DNA of 64,000 nucleotides from Raillietiella orientalis (Eukaryota). This document shows, piece by piece, positions 48,230 to 60,650 of the stretch. Within the stretch, counting starts at the first letter, position 1. Every line of letters begins with the position of its first letter. Under the pieces are notes generated by a model that did no database searches, had not been told where the DNA came from, and saw only the letters and a list, made by a program, of their open reading frames with translations. Where the stretch lies: NCBI GenBank assembly GCA_036172245.1, contig JAYWIR010000010.1:806001-870000 (forward strand), given 5' to 3'. The position numbers and the translations under genes were made by a program.

Positions 48230-49030
48230 TTAATGAGGTGGAAGGCGCATCTTTGCCTTGAAGCTCAGTCAAAGCGACCTATTGATTGTATTTATAGCGA
48301 GCCCGTTATGTATTTCTAGCATATCCCCGCTGCTCTTATTACACGTTGTCTTTTGGGGGACAGCGTGCATCTGCATGATCTCACCTGCATTTCCGCTTCG
48401 CGATCGTCGTAACGGTTGCAGCGAGAGCGTTTGTGCCGCACAAGTGGAGTCGTATCATTCGTGCACCACACGCGCACCACCACACGTGCACCACTGCCGC
48501 TTTTGCAACACTTGCGCATGCCTGGTGCGCGTGTAGGTGCCTGCGGCTGCAATACGGTGGGTGAGAAGTACTTTTGCTCCTCCTCCTTCTTCCTCCTCTT
48601 CTAACTGTTGATGTCCTGCTGTCAGATGCGTTGTTCTTGTACGTCGGATGTGTACGCTTGTGCATCGATCTCATGGGACTCGTTGGGGGATCAACCCTTT
48701 GGGTGCGCAGCTCACCAGATTGGAGCGTTCTGTGCTGAGGGATCCCAGTGGCGACCTCTGTGGACGGAATGCTTTTTCGAGTACCGCGTACTCTATTAGA
48801 GGTACCGACTGACCATATACAGATGCTGATCAAAGTTGCCATTGTAATCGTTCACTTACACCTCTATTTGTTGTTTATTCGTTTTATTCACACAGAGAAG
48901 TGACTCTGAAAAACTGAGAATAGTTAGCCGGTATAAGTCGAATTTTGCTTGCTGTCGTTGCTAAGGGAACTCCGAGAACGCAAGTGTGTGTGTCCGTCTC
49001 AAACGTGGATCGTGTTAGTTTGTGTCGCAT
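48230..49030 (+). pseudogene. Decayed class-A (rhodopsin-like) GPCR pseudogene
   Basis: Colinear traces across frameshifts: TM2 IFALKLSQSDLLIVFIASP, ECL1 VVFWGTAC, TM3 DLTCISAS..ERL, ICL2 TTTRA, TM4 AHAW, TM6 QMLIKVAIVIV, TM7 NSENASVC. Multiple stops; TM1 and TM5 not recognised. Confidence 0.5.
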
Positions 49031-49854
49031 GTATAAGGTGAAAACATTTACCAGAGGCACATGTGAGTCCATAGCACTCAAAGGATCAATTACTATGTGC
49101 ACATCCTGTGTGCGTATACAAAGCATTTTGGCCACGATTCAGCATGGAAGCGGGCTCTCAGTCGTGATCTTTCGTGCGTATTTCTGCAAAGGTTACCATG
49201 GGTACGAAACGCCGGCATCGCGAAACGTCCGACAAGCGAGCATGTGTGTGGGCGCGTCCTTCGTACACAAAAGTGTCGTCCGTGACTACGTGGGGTTGCA
49301 TCCGCGCGGATCGGGATGCAAAGATGTGGTAGACGATTCTGGATGTGGCTATGCGCTGCCCAATTAGCGAAGTTCCAGATAGACCACGGGCAGCTGGCAC
49401 GGATCATTCGCTCGTCCGGATGCTGCATGCCTCCAAAGACGTCTGGCGCGTTTCCCGCGATCTCCGTTGCGGGAATACATTCGCGGCCTTTGCTTCGTCG
49501 TCTCCGAGCATCTGACGGGAGCCCCTCCTCATCTCGATGAGGTGCCAGATGAGTTTGCACAGTGACGTACTGCAGACGAAGCCTCGTGCAGGCGGGGGCT
49601 GACCTCTCGGAAGCGCGCAACCGGGAGGCTAGCCATCATGGACGGCAACGCGCGACTTCCCTCCGAAGGTTTGCGAGTCTTCAGAGACCCGCAGATGGGA
49701 GTGGGCACTCCAGGACGAAAATTGTGCTCGGTTGCCTTCCGGAAACACCCTCCCTCCCTCATTTTTTCTCTGGCTTCATGTGCAGCCTCGCTCTCGGACC
49801 TTCCCATCCTTTTCCTTCTCTGTGTGCCGCACCATTTCTTTAAAACACCTCAAG

Positions 49855-50075
49855 ATGCAATTCGCAAGGGGCAGAGAGGTGGCTTCCCCACACGAGAAAG
49901 TCGGAGTCTCTCTGCGCGCAGCACCGGAGAGGGAGTGGAGGGGACCTGAGGCCTAAATAAATCAATAGGGGGGGTTGAGCCGACCGGCTCCACAGCGACC
50001 ACGGAGGACGCCCGAGGGTCGGCGTTGCTCGACAGAGGAATGGGGGCCCCGTCGTTCATCGTCGGCGACTTGCCC
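49855..50075 (-). repeat. Dispersed repeat C, copy 2 (inverted)
   Basis: Matches 27290-27505. Confidence 0.85.
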
Positions 50076-50369
50076 TGTGGACCACGCTCGCCGTGGGACT
50101 CCCTCTGAGGAATGCCACACCGCAATTCGGGGCCGTTCCGCACAAGGGTGGCAGCGGCGACCGTCGCCTCCCACCGCGACGGTGATTCCATCCTAGGAGA
50201 GCCTCCCGCGATCGGCCTGCAGATGCACATGCGGGGAGCCCATCGCACCGAGTGACCTGGAGAGCCTGGAGGGCGGCGGTCGACCTCACGAGGGCGCCCC
50301 GGTGTGACCCGACGCCTGTCTTCCCGGGACGGCGCGAACGCGGCCGTACGGGCAAGATCATGATGTCAA

Positions 50370-50525
50370 TGAGGAGGAGGAAGAAGGGAGGGGGAAGGGA
50401 AGAATGGGGAAGGATGAAGAGAATGGGAACAAAACAAGAGGAAGGAGGGAGAAGAAGGAGGAAGGTAAGAATGGGAAAGGAAGAGGAGGATTGGGGGAGG
50501 AGGAGGAAGATAGGAAAGTGGGGGA
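50370..50525 (+). repeat. Polypurine (GGA/GAA) tract
   Basis: Directly visible; shares gggaagaatggggaagga with the tract at 58490-58616. Confidence 0.9.
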
Positions 50526-50619
50526 GATTTTATCACCCGGATATGCAGGGCATTTATTATAAAAATAAAATTACACAGTAATTGTCGTGTGGTGAACCAT
50601 TTGGTTCACCACTTCACCC

Positions 50620-51170
50620 CAATGTGTCGGTCATCGGTCTGTAGACCAGCGAGGTCCGTTCCCGCGGCTAAGGGGGAGGGAAAACCACAAACAAAGGAAG
50701 CAAAAAGAGAAAATGAGGGAGGGAGGTGTTTGTTAGGAAGGGGAGGGAGAGGACAGGATCACTTGTGCCTGGCTACGCCCTCTACATCTTTTCCAGGAAG
50801 CTGACAAGTTGTGGTCCTTTGTTCCCCAAGTGGGGTCATCTCGATGCGATCCTCAGAAAGATCCGCGCCTAGTGGATGGCATCCCTGCCATCCTCCCCCC
50901 TTATTCTCACGTTCCAGGCCGCCAAGATTTCTCGAATGCAGCATTTCTCTTCTGGGAACGCGACTGGCGGAAGATCGGAGCGAACAAAGAAGCGCTTAAA
51001 AATGTCCATGGGACCGCCTTCGGAAATATCTAGGATCGTCGACAGGCGGACCCAGAGGGATCGGAGGGCGCCACAGTCCAGCAGAAGGTGAGGCAAAGTC
51101 GTTTTGTCGCCGCACCCTCCACAACGAGCATCCACACTCCCCCGTGTCCAATAATGGAGGCGTGCATGGG
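50620..51170 (-). mobile_element. L1/Tx1-like LINE 3' fragment (copy 5)
   Basis: CGGCGDKTTLPHLLLDCGALRSLWVRL..KRFFVRSDLPP..CCIREILAAW (50869-51135). Confidence 0.8.
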
Positions 51171-51216
51171 ATTTCCCAAAGCAACACTAGCAACGCCACC
51201 TCCTCTGCTTCAGCAA

Positions 51217-51998
51217 GGAGGAGGTCAAGAATTCGAAGAAGAGGAAGCTCTTCGCCCCCCAATGCCTAAATTATCCTTGGAGGCACAAATCCTAATAAGT
51301 ATGCTGTTGCTGTTTTTTTCGAAAATAGGGAGGTGGAGAAAAAAAAGGAATCCTAGGGCTGGCACATTCTCAATCTCTTGGAGACCTCCATCCTGCATGT
51401 GGACGCCGTCAGTGGCATCAGAATGGGGATGCTTCATACACGGAATCCGCCGGATGGTCCATTGACATTTCGTTCTTCCGATTGGAAGGACCAACGAGCT
51501 GTAGGGCAATTGCTTACCCTAGTCATCTTCCTCGCCTCTGGAGGAGCAGCTGTGCTTCTATCAGGGCCGCCCTTCGCGGCTTGAGCGCTTCTTAAGCTCC
51601 TCGCGTCGCCTCGGATCCCCCGTGCCGCCGAGTTCCCGAAGGAAGCACCCAGCAGAGCGACTGACCGCTGCCTTCTGGCGTTCCAGATGGGATCGGAGCT
51701 CCCCACTTGGGAGTCGCGTGCCAGATATCGGCTAGCAGGAGGATCAGCAGCCGCCCGCATCGGCAGACATCCCTGCCGATCGGGAGGCTACGGATCGCCG
51801 TGGTCTCCGGCGATTCCTCTGAAAATGCAGGCGCGGGATGGGGAACAAAGGTGTGCGAGCGTGGGCCGCTCCTCGCTCGCGCACCATCATCGGTGGGCGA
51901 TGTGCTGTGACGCGTTGGATGCTGAGCGCCTCGTGGATGGGTCGATATTCGTGGCAGCTCTGAAACGCTGCCCACCACATGGGGCGTGTTCCGACGCG
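51217..51998 (+). repeat. Recent duplication, copy 1 (~780 bp)
   Basis: Near-identical to 58617-59406; offset is exactly 7400 bp at gaggaagctc (51241 and 58641). Confidence 0.95.
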
Positions 51999-52369
51999 TG
52001 GTTTGATCCAACGCAGGAGGTGGCTCTGCCTGCATCTGGGTGCTCCTCCGCAAGGGCGGGTCGCGCATCCTGCTCACTTTGCGCCGGGAGCGCAAGGTGA
52101 GCAGGGCAGAGAACGCGAGTCCTAGCGCTCTGCGTTGGTGTTCCGGTCGAACGTGGGGTGGGCTCCCACGGCTAATTTTGACCACCTGCCTTTGCAGCTG
52201 CATCACGAGGGAAGAAACGGGATGCTCTTCTCTTGTCAGCTCTCGATTGAGGGAAAGCGGAAAGACGCGAGCTACAATCCGCAGAAGTGAATTTTCATAC
52301 TCGCTTAACAGCACGCTGGAAGATCGGTGGTGAAAAAGGGGTGTGCTGGTTCGCCCCTGCCGAAGTGAC

Positions 52370-52620
52370 TCCATTTAAGCAATTTGACTTGGTGCCACAG
52401 AAACCTCATGAGAAGAACCATTGATGCAGAGGTCACAACGTAACGAAGAACGAAGGAACTAATGTTCTTCCGAAGGCCCCAACGCTTTTGTTCGGTCGAG
52501 GTGGATGGTGGTGCGCACAAAGTTGCTTCGAGAGCGGGGAAGAAGTTCAAAGGACGCGAACAAGAGGGATCGAGTAGCTGTTCTTGAGGAAGCATGTGGT
52601 GCTCGGCACGTGTGTGTGTG
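52370..52620 (-). mobile_element. hAT transposase C-terminal dimerisation-domain remnant
   Basis: LLDP..NFFPALEATLCAPPSTSTEQKRWGLRKNI..R..LLMRFL resembles DPL.WW..FP.L..L..P.TS..ER.FS..K.I..R..L.FL. Confidence 0.4.
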
Positions 52621-54959
52621 AGGAAGCATGTGTTTCGGCATTTGCCACTGCTGCTGCTGCAACCTTCGGCTAACCGCTTCGTCCTGGATGATGACCATGA
52701 TGACCCAGACAGCATGCCCACTGTGGGTTTCGGCCGTGCCGAGCTTCCGGGTGCGGTAGCAGGGACCTCGAGTGTGCCGCGAGACTGCTTGGCCTTCCCG
52801 GAACCACCGCGATCGCAACGAGCCTGCCGTCAACACCCGGACCGGCGCTCGCGCCCCTCCGGAGGAACGGGCGAGGGCCAGTCATGCGGACACGGTCCAT
52901 CTCCTCCGTTTGCCACGCCTCCTCGCTCGCTTTTTTGCAAAAGCAGTGGGTCACCGAGGGTGGCGGGGTTTCGTTTCTTCCTCGGAGGCGTCACCAGCGC
53001 CGTGCCGAGTCGGGGATGGGCTGCCGCCGTTGTCGACGTCGCACCCCTGCCTCCAGATCGCCGTGCCTCCTTTCGATAAGACTGGTTATGGGCGAGTAGA
53101 TGCTTCTGTGTGTCTTCCTGCGTAGTGTATCTTCCATCCGTTACGATGCGGTCGACAAGTTAGGCGGAAAGCACACCGAACTTCTTGCAGCAATGGAGAG
53201 GAGTAGCGCGCTCACCCACAATATGGTGAACATGAAGACGCGATTCCCTGACTACAGTAAAGTTAGGATAGATAAAAAAGAAGAAGTGAAGACTGAGGTC
53301 CCCGCTTTGAGTTTCCCCGTAGTCCTTCCATCCTCCTATGAATTCATGGGATCTTTTCAAAACTTCAGCGAGCCGTGAAAGTGAAAGTACAGACCCAATT
53401 TGCACTTTCAGTACTTCACTTGCTTACCCGAATCTTAGATTACGAGAGAAAGAATTTGTGCTCTTCTGCATGCTCCTTCCGTGCCGGCGCATTTTCCAAA
53501 CCTTTGGCGGAGCCCACGGAAGGCTATCTCTTCGCAGTCCCGCTTAGCTTCCAAAATCGACAGTGATGAGTCCAGACCGATGCGCCGATCTTTCAAGCAG
53601 GGAGGAGCCGAACAGGAGAACACTGCAGTTCTGGGATTGCCCCCAGCGTGTTAACTGAAATGCCTTAGCACTTTCAGAGCCCCATTTCCATCAGCTGAGG
53701 TCATCCCGCTTCCACGTGCAGTGCACTCACACCCGCACACATACATGAAAGGAAAAAAAAAATCATAGTCATCGGAGGGTCTTCCATGTTGATCTCTGCG
53801 GATGAGTTCATGTCCGAGTGATTTATTGCTACATGAAAGAAACGATTTCACTTTCAGTTGCTCCTGAATTTTCGCATTTTTTAAACCCCACCGGAGACCC
53901 TGCACTGCCTATATGGCGGGCACAGAAGAAACGCGTAGAGTGAGGGCAATGTGGACAGTTGAAGTGAGAAGATTATGATTAATTAAAGAATAATGAGGTC
54001 AAGAGCAGAGGGTCAAGTTGCCCGTCAGCGTTCGAATCGCTTCGCCGTTCCTGCGTTCCCACTGCTCGTTCCTTTCAGTTCCACCCCGATTCGCGTTAAT
54101 TTACGAGCGTGGCAAATCACCACGCGAAGCTCCACCCACGCACCCGCCGGTCGGACGAACGGAGCACCATCTGCCTGTTTCCTGGCTCCGTCTCTTCTGA
54201 GAGCTCCTTCATGTAAACGACGCGCCGTTAGATCCTTCCTTTGGCGTCTCCGGTTAAATCCCATTCAAACGGCAACAGCATCTCTGCCACGCCCTGGGCA
54301 GACTTTCCCCTTTTCCCTTTCGAAGTCCAGGCGAACTGCCCGAGATGCTTTTGCCCTCGACTTTGAGTTTCCAGGGAGCTGATGTGAGCGGCTTCGGCTG
54401 CACGTACACCAAAACACCTTCAGGGAATGCAGGCTCCGTGAAGCATGGAACACTTCGGTGTATTATGCTGCATTTTTGCGTGCGACCGTCATGGAACGAC
54501 ACCAGCGTTCTTCGAATGGAAAAATTTCATCTACCAGGAAGTGAGATTTGGGCAGATTTGATTTTATCTATGAAAACTTTTACCCACCAGAGGTCATAAC
54601 GAATCGTTTAAGGCAATAGGACCACGTGCCACCTTCCAATGCATCGAAAGGGGCATTCCAGCAGCTGTTATAGATGGACCAGCGTTTCTGGAAACGCATT
54701 AAATGGCAGTTGACAGTCGGGATTGTTCTGCCTTCCTTGTTAGTTTGGAATGACAATGATAATAATTCATACACTTGATGTACCTCTCTTTCTCCCCATG
54801 GATGCAAAAAGAATTCAGCCCTTCCTTTACTTCATATTTACAATTATGTAGTTTCTATCTACTTAGACTATCTACATATACCTGCCTAACCCCATCTGTA
54901 TCTAAGTGTTATCCATTAAGAGACAGGCACACGACTCCGAAAGTCGGAACAGCTGTCCG

Positions 54960-55850
54960 AGTTGAGTCTTTGCTTCCCAGAAGAGGAACTTCTGTTCCAA
55001 GGGCCTTTCCTCGTCAAGGATCCTCCACGAAGACACGCGTGGGGCCCCTTGCCGCAGCGCTGTCTGCCCTAAGGGCAAGCGAAGACAGTTCTCTACCGGC
55101 AGGGAGGAAGGTCTCCTGGACACTTGCTGGAGAAACCAGACCGTTGGGCGTCTGGGAGACGAGCGAGATGGAAGACGCTGCCACTCCTCGCAGTTGCTTA
55201 AAGGGACTTCTTCGGTGGAGCGAACAGTTCAGCGGGCTCCCCCGAAGAACTTGTAGTCCCTCCCTCGTGCTTTAAGACCTCTGTGTTCCCCCTTCGTTGG
55301 AAGCAGGACGTGCTGCTGCTGTTGCATTGAGGCAATCAGCTCACATACCTGGTTTCCGGGAGAGTTGCCTCTTCGAACTGTGGAAGGTGTGGAGCAGTGG
55401 AATAGCTCCCGCGCCTGCTTTTACTGAGGTGCTCTCCAAGAACTGTGGCGGAGGCTGTCTTCAGCGCTCCTGCACCAAGGAGACACCGCCATCGACGTCA
55501 TGCGCCGTTTCTTCAAGTGTGGCGGCCTCTCGCTAGGTGTGGTCATCGCAACAAGTTGCATCCGCGCCATCGTCATGGTCCACGACGTGTTGCAGTTGCA
55601 AGCGGTGTCTAGGGAAGTCACCAGGATTGCCGACACCAACATGAAAACGGCCTCATCTCAAGGAAGAAGTGAGGAAGGAGATCGGCAGCATTCAGCTCCA
55701 GTTCTGAAAAGAAGGAACAAACGATACCAAAGACCCCTTTCCCCCTTCGAAAGCTCTTTTGTATATTTATATTTCTTTGCGGTCTCCTCCCTCTCGTTCC
55801 GGACTTTCGGAGGGCCCGACCTGCGTGTCGGGGAGTCCTCCCCTTGAGCT
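54960..55850 (+). mobile_element. L1/Tx1-like LINE 3' fragment (copy 6)
   Basis: DAATPRSCLKGLLRWSE..VFPLRWKQDVLLLLH..GALQELWRRLSSALLHQGDTAIDVMRRFF closely matches copy 3. Confidence 0.8.
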
Positions 55851-57539
55851 TCCCGTACCTCAGTCTGGGAACGTGGTTCATGGATGGTTTAGTTCATTTC
55901 TTTGAAGAAATGTCCTGGCACAACCAAATGTTAAAAGACACGCGTGGTTTCATCGAGGAAGGAGGCCACCTTTCTTTCTCTTTTCATAGATGTCTCTCCA
56001 AGTGCTGCCAACGAATCGCGGCGATGCGTCCCCCGTTCCGGGAACGTACAGGCTGGGAGCCCATCGGATCCACCGTTACTTGTCGCAGAAGTTGGCTCAG
56101 AGGCCCACCTCTCCCTCCTTCCCTCACCCCAAACGGCATGGACTTGTCCGAGGTCGCGCGCGTCAAATTCAACGAAGCGGGGGTCCTTCCTGTTCCGTCC
56201 GGGGGTTGCCCTCTCCCAGCTTTCGACTCCTCATTGAGGGTTCCGTGCGGCAGTCCGCCTCCGGCATCGGCTCGCAACGTGGCGTCCCCGTCGCCGGACG
56301 GATCCTCCGCGACGCGAGCGGAAGACCACGAGGAAGTGACGGTGATCTCTGCGTGCGCGCGAGTGGGAGGCGAACGAAAACAGCGGAAGAAGAGGAGGAT
56401 CTCCTCTTCTGTCTTAGAGAGAGCAGATGGTGCCAGCAGGTGGCGGCTAGGAAGAGGAGGCGCTGCGCACGCAACTCCCCCCCCCCCTTCTCTGCCTACG
56501 GGCCTCGCATCGTCGTCGTCCCGCACGTGCACCAGGAGGATGAGCCGGCCGGAAAAAGCCGTCCCTAAAGGCGCTGGCGAGAGGATCTGCTTGAAAAGCA
56601 CGGAGCAAACAAAAAAAGGGGGTGGGGTGGGGAAGGAACCCGAGGGGCTCGCGATGCGATTCCCCACGCAGCTCCGCGAAATGACGCGCCCTCTCTCGCG
56701 ATCCCTGCTTCGAGGATTCCTCCCTCCCCCGCTGTTCGAACTTTCACCCTGCGGCTTCTCGCTCAGACTCCGGAGACGCAGAGGGAAATCCTGCAGGGGG
56801 ACCTGAAACGGGGACACTTTCCTCCTCCGTTCCCGCCTGGTGGCGCTACCCTCCGCGCGCCCGGCGTCGCCCAAGGATGTGCGCCGCGCAGAGGCTGAGA
56901 TCGCCGGAGTAGTCGACCCCCCAGGCATCGAAATCGGGGTTTCGGATGGCGCGCTCTGTTCGGATTCCCCATTCGGAGGAGCTCCAAAGGGCACCTTCGA
57001 CCCTTCACGAGGTTTGCGGTCATTAAGAGATGATTAAATGCAAGAAAATGGCATTGTTGTCTTTGCCGTTTCAGTCGCACGTCTTCTGGAGGGAGGAAGG
57101 CCAGCTGCGAGTGGGAAAGACGACCGCGGCGCTCGCGATTGCGACACGCGGCTTCTGACGTCATCGATCCCTCGGTTTCCCCGGAGAGAATGCCAGGAGG
57201 ATGAAGGAAGCGATGACCGGCTTTTCTCGCGGAGGGAGGACGCAGGCGGTTCGTGGCAGTCGGGCACCAGAGCCACCTCGCTGCCCGACTGCCGTTGCTG
57301 TGGGTGTCCGCTTCAGGCAGCTTCCTGAAACAGCGTATCCTGGAAACTTTGCGCTAGCTCCCTACTGCGGGCACTCCTATCTCCAAGAAGGAATTCTTCC
57401 TCGAGATTTACCAAAGGAGCCTCGTTGGTACCCGAGCAGCAGGGTTCCCCCTTTCCGCCGTCGAGATGCGAGGGGAAGAAACGCGAAACTACGGAAAAGC
57501 TGCCTGCGTGGCCCGAGGGCGCGAAGACCGCATCTGACG

Positions 57540-57780
57540 TGAGATGCCGGTCAGATGGGGGGCTGGTTGGCCCTTCATCCGGAGCAGCTGTTGACGGGGG
57601 GGAAAGCCGTTGTAGGCAGGAAGGACTGGGCCCGCGGGGAATTCCAGCACTACGCAGGTGGTGGGATCGACGCAGAGAAAGGGTCAGCTGAATGGACCGA
57701 CTGCGTCGGCCACTACCGAGAGGGTAGACTTCGAGTTGCGAAACCGAAGAAGAAGCTCCCAAGAGATCCCTTCTGATTTC
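57540..57780 (+). mobile_element. Possible non-LTR RT distal-domain remnant
   Basis: LALHPEQ..EFQHYAGGGIDAEK..WTDCV resembles L.LNP.K..FKYLG..ID.KL.W..H. Confidence 0.35.
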
Positions 57781-58489
57781 CCGAGGTCTTTCCGCAAAGG
57801 TAGCGGCCGAAGTGTCCGTTGGTGCACGTCAACGGCGTGCACACGGCGTCATTTTCTATCCCAAAGCCGAGGTCACGAGACACTTCGAGCTCTCTGCAAT
57901 CTCGATGGAACCTTCAATGGACCCGATTTGGGTTAGTAAACTGAGGCGTTTCCTAGACAGCTGGAGACAGTTCCGCCAAGTTCCGCTTCATTGCGTGGGC
58001 TGGAGAGAACCAGGGGGAGTGGCTGCAAGGAGCTGCGAACAGCGACCTGTTGGACCCATTTCTTCATATGGGAATGCTCAGGTGACCTACGAAGGTACGG
58101 CATCCTGCTGGAAAAGAGGAAAGAGCAGCAGAATGCCAAGTGCTCGAATGTTCTGCCGTTTCGTCTGGGGCCTTCGGAGAAAAAGAAGAGTTTCCGAAGA
58201 AACCTCAGGAGGAGACAGCGCGAGGAAGCGGAGGAACTTGATCGCTTTTAGTCGACCAAAAAGGAAGCGCCGCTGAGCTGACGAAACGTCTGCCGGGTCT
58301 ACGGGCACCGACGCACCTCCTCCGGCTCTCAGAGGTGTTCATCGCACACAGGCATGGGAACCGGTAAGCTCCATTGAAGAACTTGGTGCCAGCGGGGATG
58401 CTCGAAACTTGCGCTCCGTGATGTTCCTTACGCTCGGGTGCCTACCAAAACGAATGATGATGGAGTCATTTTCCCAGCATCTCCTCTAT

Positions 58490-58616
58490 AGGAGGAAGGG
58501 AGTTATGGAGGAGGATGGGAAGAATGGGGAAGGAAGAAGAGGATGGTAGCCGGTCAAGAGGAAAGGAGGAAGAGGAGGTGGGAGTTGGGAAAGAGGAAGA
58601 CGACGAAGAAAGGAAG
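58490..58616 (+). repeat. Polypurine tract abutting duplication copy 2
   Basis: Directly visible. Confidence 0.9.
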
Positions 58617-59406
58617 GGAGGAGGCCAAGCATCCGAAGAAGAGGAAGCTCTTCGCTCCCCCATGCCTAAATTATCCTTGGAGGCACAAATCCTAATAAGT
58701 ATGCTGTTGCTGTTTTTTTCGAAAATAGGGGGGTGGAGAAAAAAAAGGAAGCCTAGGGCTGGCACATTCTCAATCTCTTGGAGACCTCCATCCTGCATGT
58801 GGACGCCGTCAGTGGCATCAGAATGGGGATGCTTCATACACGGAATCCGCCGGATGGTCCATTGACATTTCGTTCTTCCGATTGGAAGGACCAACGAGCT
58901 GTAGGGCAATTGCTTATCCTAGTCATCTTCCTCGCCTCTGGAGGAGCAGCTGTAGTTCTCTCAGGGTCGCTCGTCGCAGCTTGAGCGTCTCTTGAGCTCC
59001 TCGCGTCGCCTCGGGTCCTCCGTGCCTTGAGTTCCCGAAGGAAGCACCCAGCAGAGCGACTGACCTTCTGGCGTTCCAGATGGGATCGGGGCTCCCCACC
59101 TGGGAGTCGCGTGCCAGATATCGGCTAGCAGGAGGATCAGCAGCCGCCCGCATCGGCAGACATCCCTGCCGATCGGGAGGCTACGGATCGCCGTGGTCTC
59201 CGGCGATTCCTGTGGAACTGCAGGAGCGGCAATGGGGAACGAAGGTCTTGGAATCTTCGTGCGAGCGTGGGCCGCTCCTCGCTCGCGCACCATCATCGGT
59301 GGGCGATGTGCTGTGACGCGTTGGATGCTGAGCGCCTCGCTGATGGGCCGATATTCGTGGCAGCTCTGAAACGCTGCCCACCACATGGGGCGTGTTCTGA
59401 CACGCG
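58617..59406 (+). repeat. Recent duplication, copy 2
   Basis: Near-identical to 51217-51998 with a few substitutions and small indels. Confidence 0.95.
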
Positions 59407-59544
59407 GAGCGACCTATTCTTAACCTAGCTTTTGCATCATTTACATGGGTATATTTTTAAAGAGATATGAAAATCAGGAAGTTGCTTAGCGGAAGCAACT
59501 TCCTGATGAATGATTACGAATCGACAGAGATGTGTTCATTAAAT

Positions 59545-59960
59545 TTAGGATTTAATGATGCTTTGGATCTCAGTAACGATCTTTTCTTGTGCTTTCTTGT
59601 TCTTCAGCAACTGCTCCTCTTGCGGAGTTTGTTGCTGCTCGACGTGGGTCTGGGGGCTTTCCTGCAAGGGCAGACCGCGCATCCTTGCCTCGGAGAGAGG
59701 CGTGGACCACGCAGAGAACGCCAGGCGGGGACGACATGCTGAAACACTCTGCATGCTGAGCGCCGCGCGGATGGCTCGATGGTGTCTGCGACGGGTTCAT
59801 GGCGGGTGGCAGCGATGTGCCGGGAAGCACGAGTTGATGGCACTTCCAGGGCCTTGTCCACGCCTCGGGGTGGTTCAGGGAAGTGCTTCCGTTGATGTGC
59901 TGCTGACAAGTAGGAAGAAAAGTCAAGAGGGTCTCTTCCTGTGGTCCTGCAAGACTCATC
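59545..59960 (-). mobile_element. Possible LINE ORF1 zinc-knuckle remnant
   Basis: RPWKCHQL and WRSLRGPRLSPRQGC resemble decayed RC..CQ..GH and C.NC.GPH....GC knuckles. Confidence 0.3.
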
Positions 59961-60449
59961 TGTGCGAGGGTGCTTGCTCAACGATGAAACACAAAATGCC
60001 GAGGGAGCTTGGCTACCTGCGAATGCGCCTGGATTCCCAGCATCCATCATCACGTCCACCAGGCAACGCACGCAAAGGAAGAAATTCAAAGACTGGGTCA
60101 TTCGGACTGGTGAAACGCGGCGCCTCTATCGATCGCAATGAGAACGCGACGTAGGGAGAGCGAGATGCAAACTAGGGACATCTGGAGCAGAGTAGTCCTT
60201 GCAACCCGACCTCGTTCCGGAAAGAGGGGATCGCATCACCATGCTGGACGCGTGCCACCCGCTCGAAAGCAGACTGTCAGCGAACAAAGGGAAAGGCGAA
60301 CGGGGAAATCTGGGAAACGCGCGCGCTGCCCTGTCGTTCTCGGGAAGCCAATCGTTGTTTCGTGTTTCCCCCCGGTCACTGCGATCCTGGGATGCCAAGA
60401 AGGACGATGTTCTTCGAGATCTGGAAACTTCAAGGAGGCACGCGAAACT

Positions 60450-60650
60450 GTCTTGGCGGTCTGACGGTGCCGTCCGAACATGCCCCCAGGAAGGCCGCGG
60501 GTTCAAATCCCGGAATCTGGAGGAACTGCGCGCCTCGACCATTCCGTAGTCTCGCGCGAGTGCGAGGCTGGGCGGAAAAGCATCCCTGGAGCAGCGGCGG
60601 AAACCCCGGTGCCGCGAGAGAGACTGCGGGTTCGAATCCCGACGGCGAAC
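60450..60650 (+). ncRNA. Two tandem tRNA-like (SINE-head) Pol III motifs
   Basis: T-arm/B-box cgggTTCAAATcccg (60498-60512) and cgggTTCGAATcccg (60627-60641); A-box-like TGGAGCAGCGG at 60587 at tRNA-like spacing; no acceptor stem. Confidence 0.4.

Noticed and set aside
53100..53378. 92-aa ORF with protein-like composition
   Set aside because: No recognisable domain or supported exon structure.
57425..57691. GGLVGPSSGAAV resembling a cysteine-synthase motif
   Set aside because: Isolated motif; the overlapping frame fits an RT remnant better.
51217..59406. LTR retrotransposon bounded by the 780-bp repeats
   Set aside because: No TG..CA ends, primer-binding site or gag-pol; the interior is mixed hAT- and LINE-like debris.
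60580..60650. Functional tRNA gene
   Set aside because: No acceptor-stem or anticodon-stem pairing.
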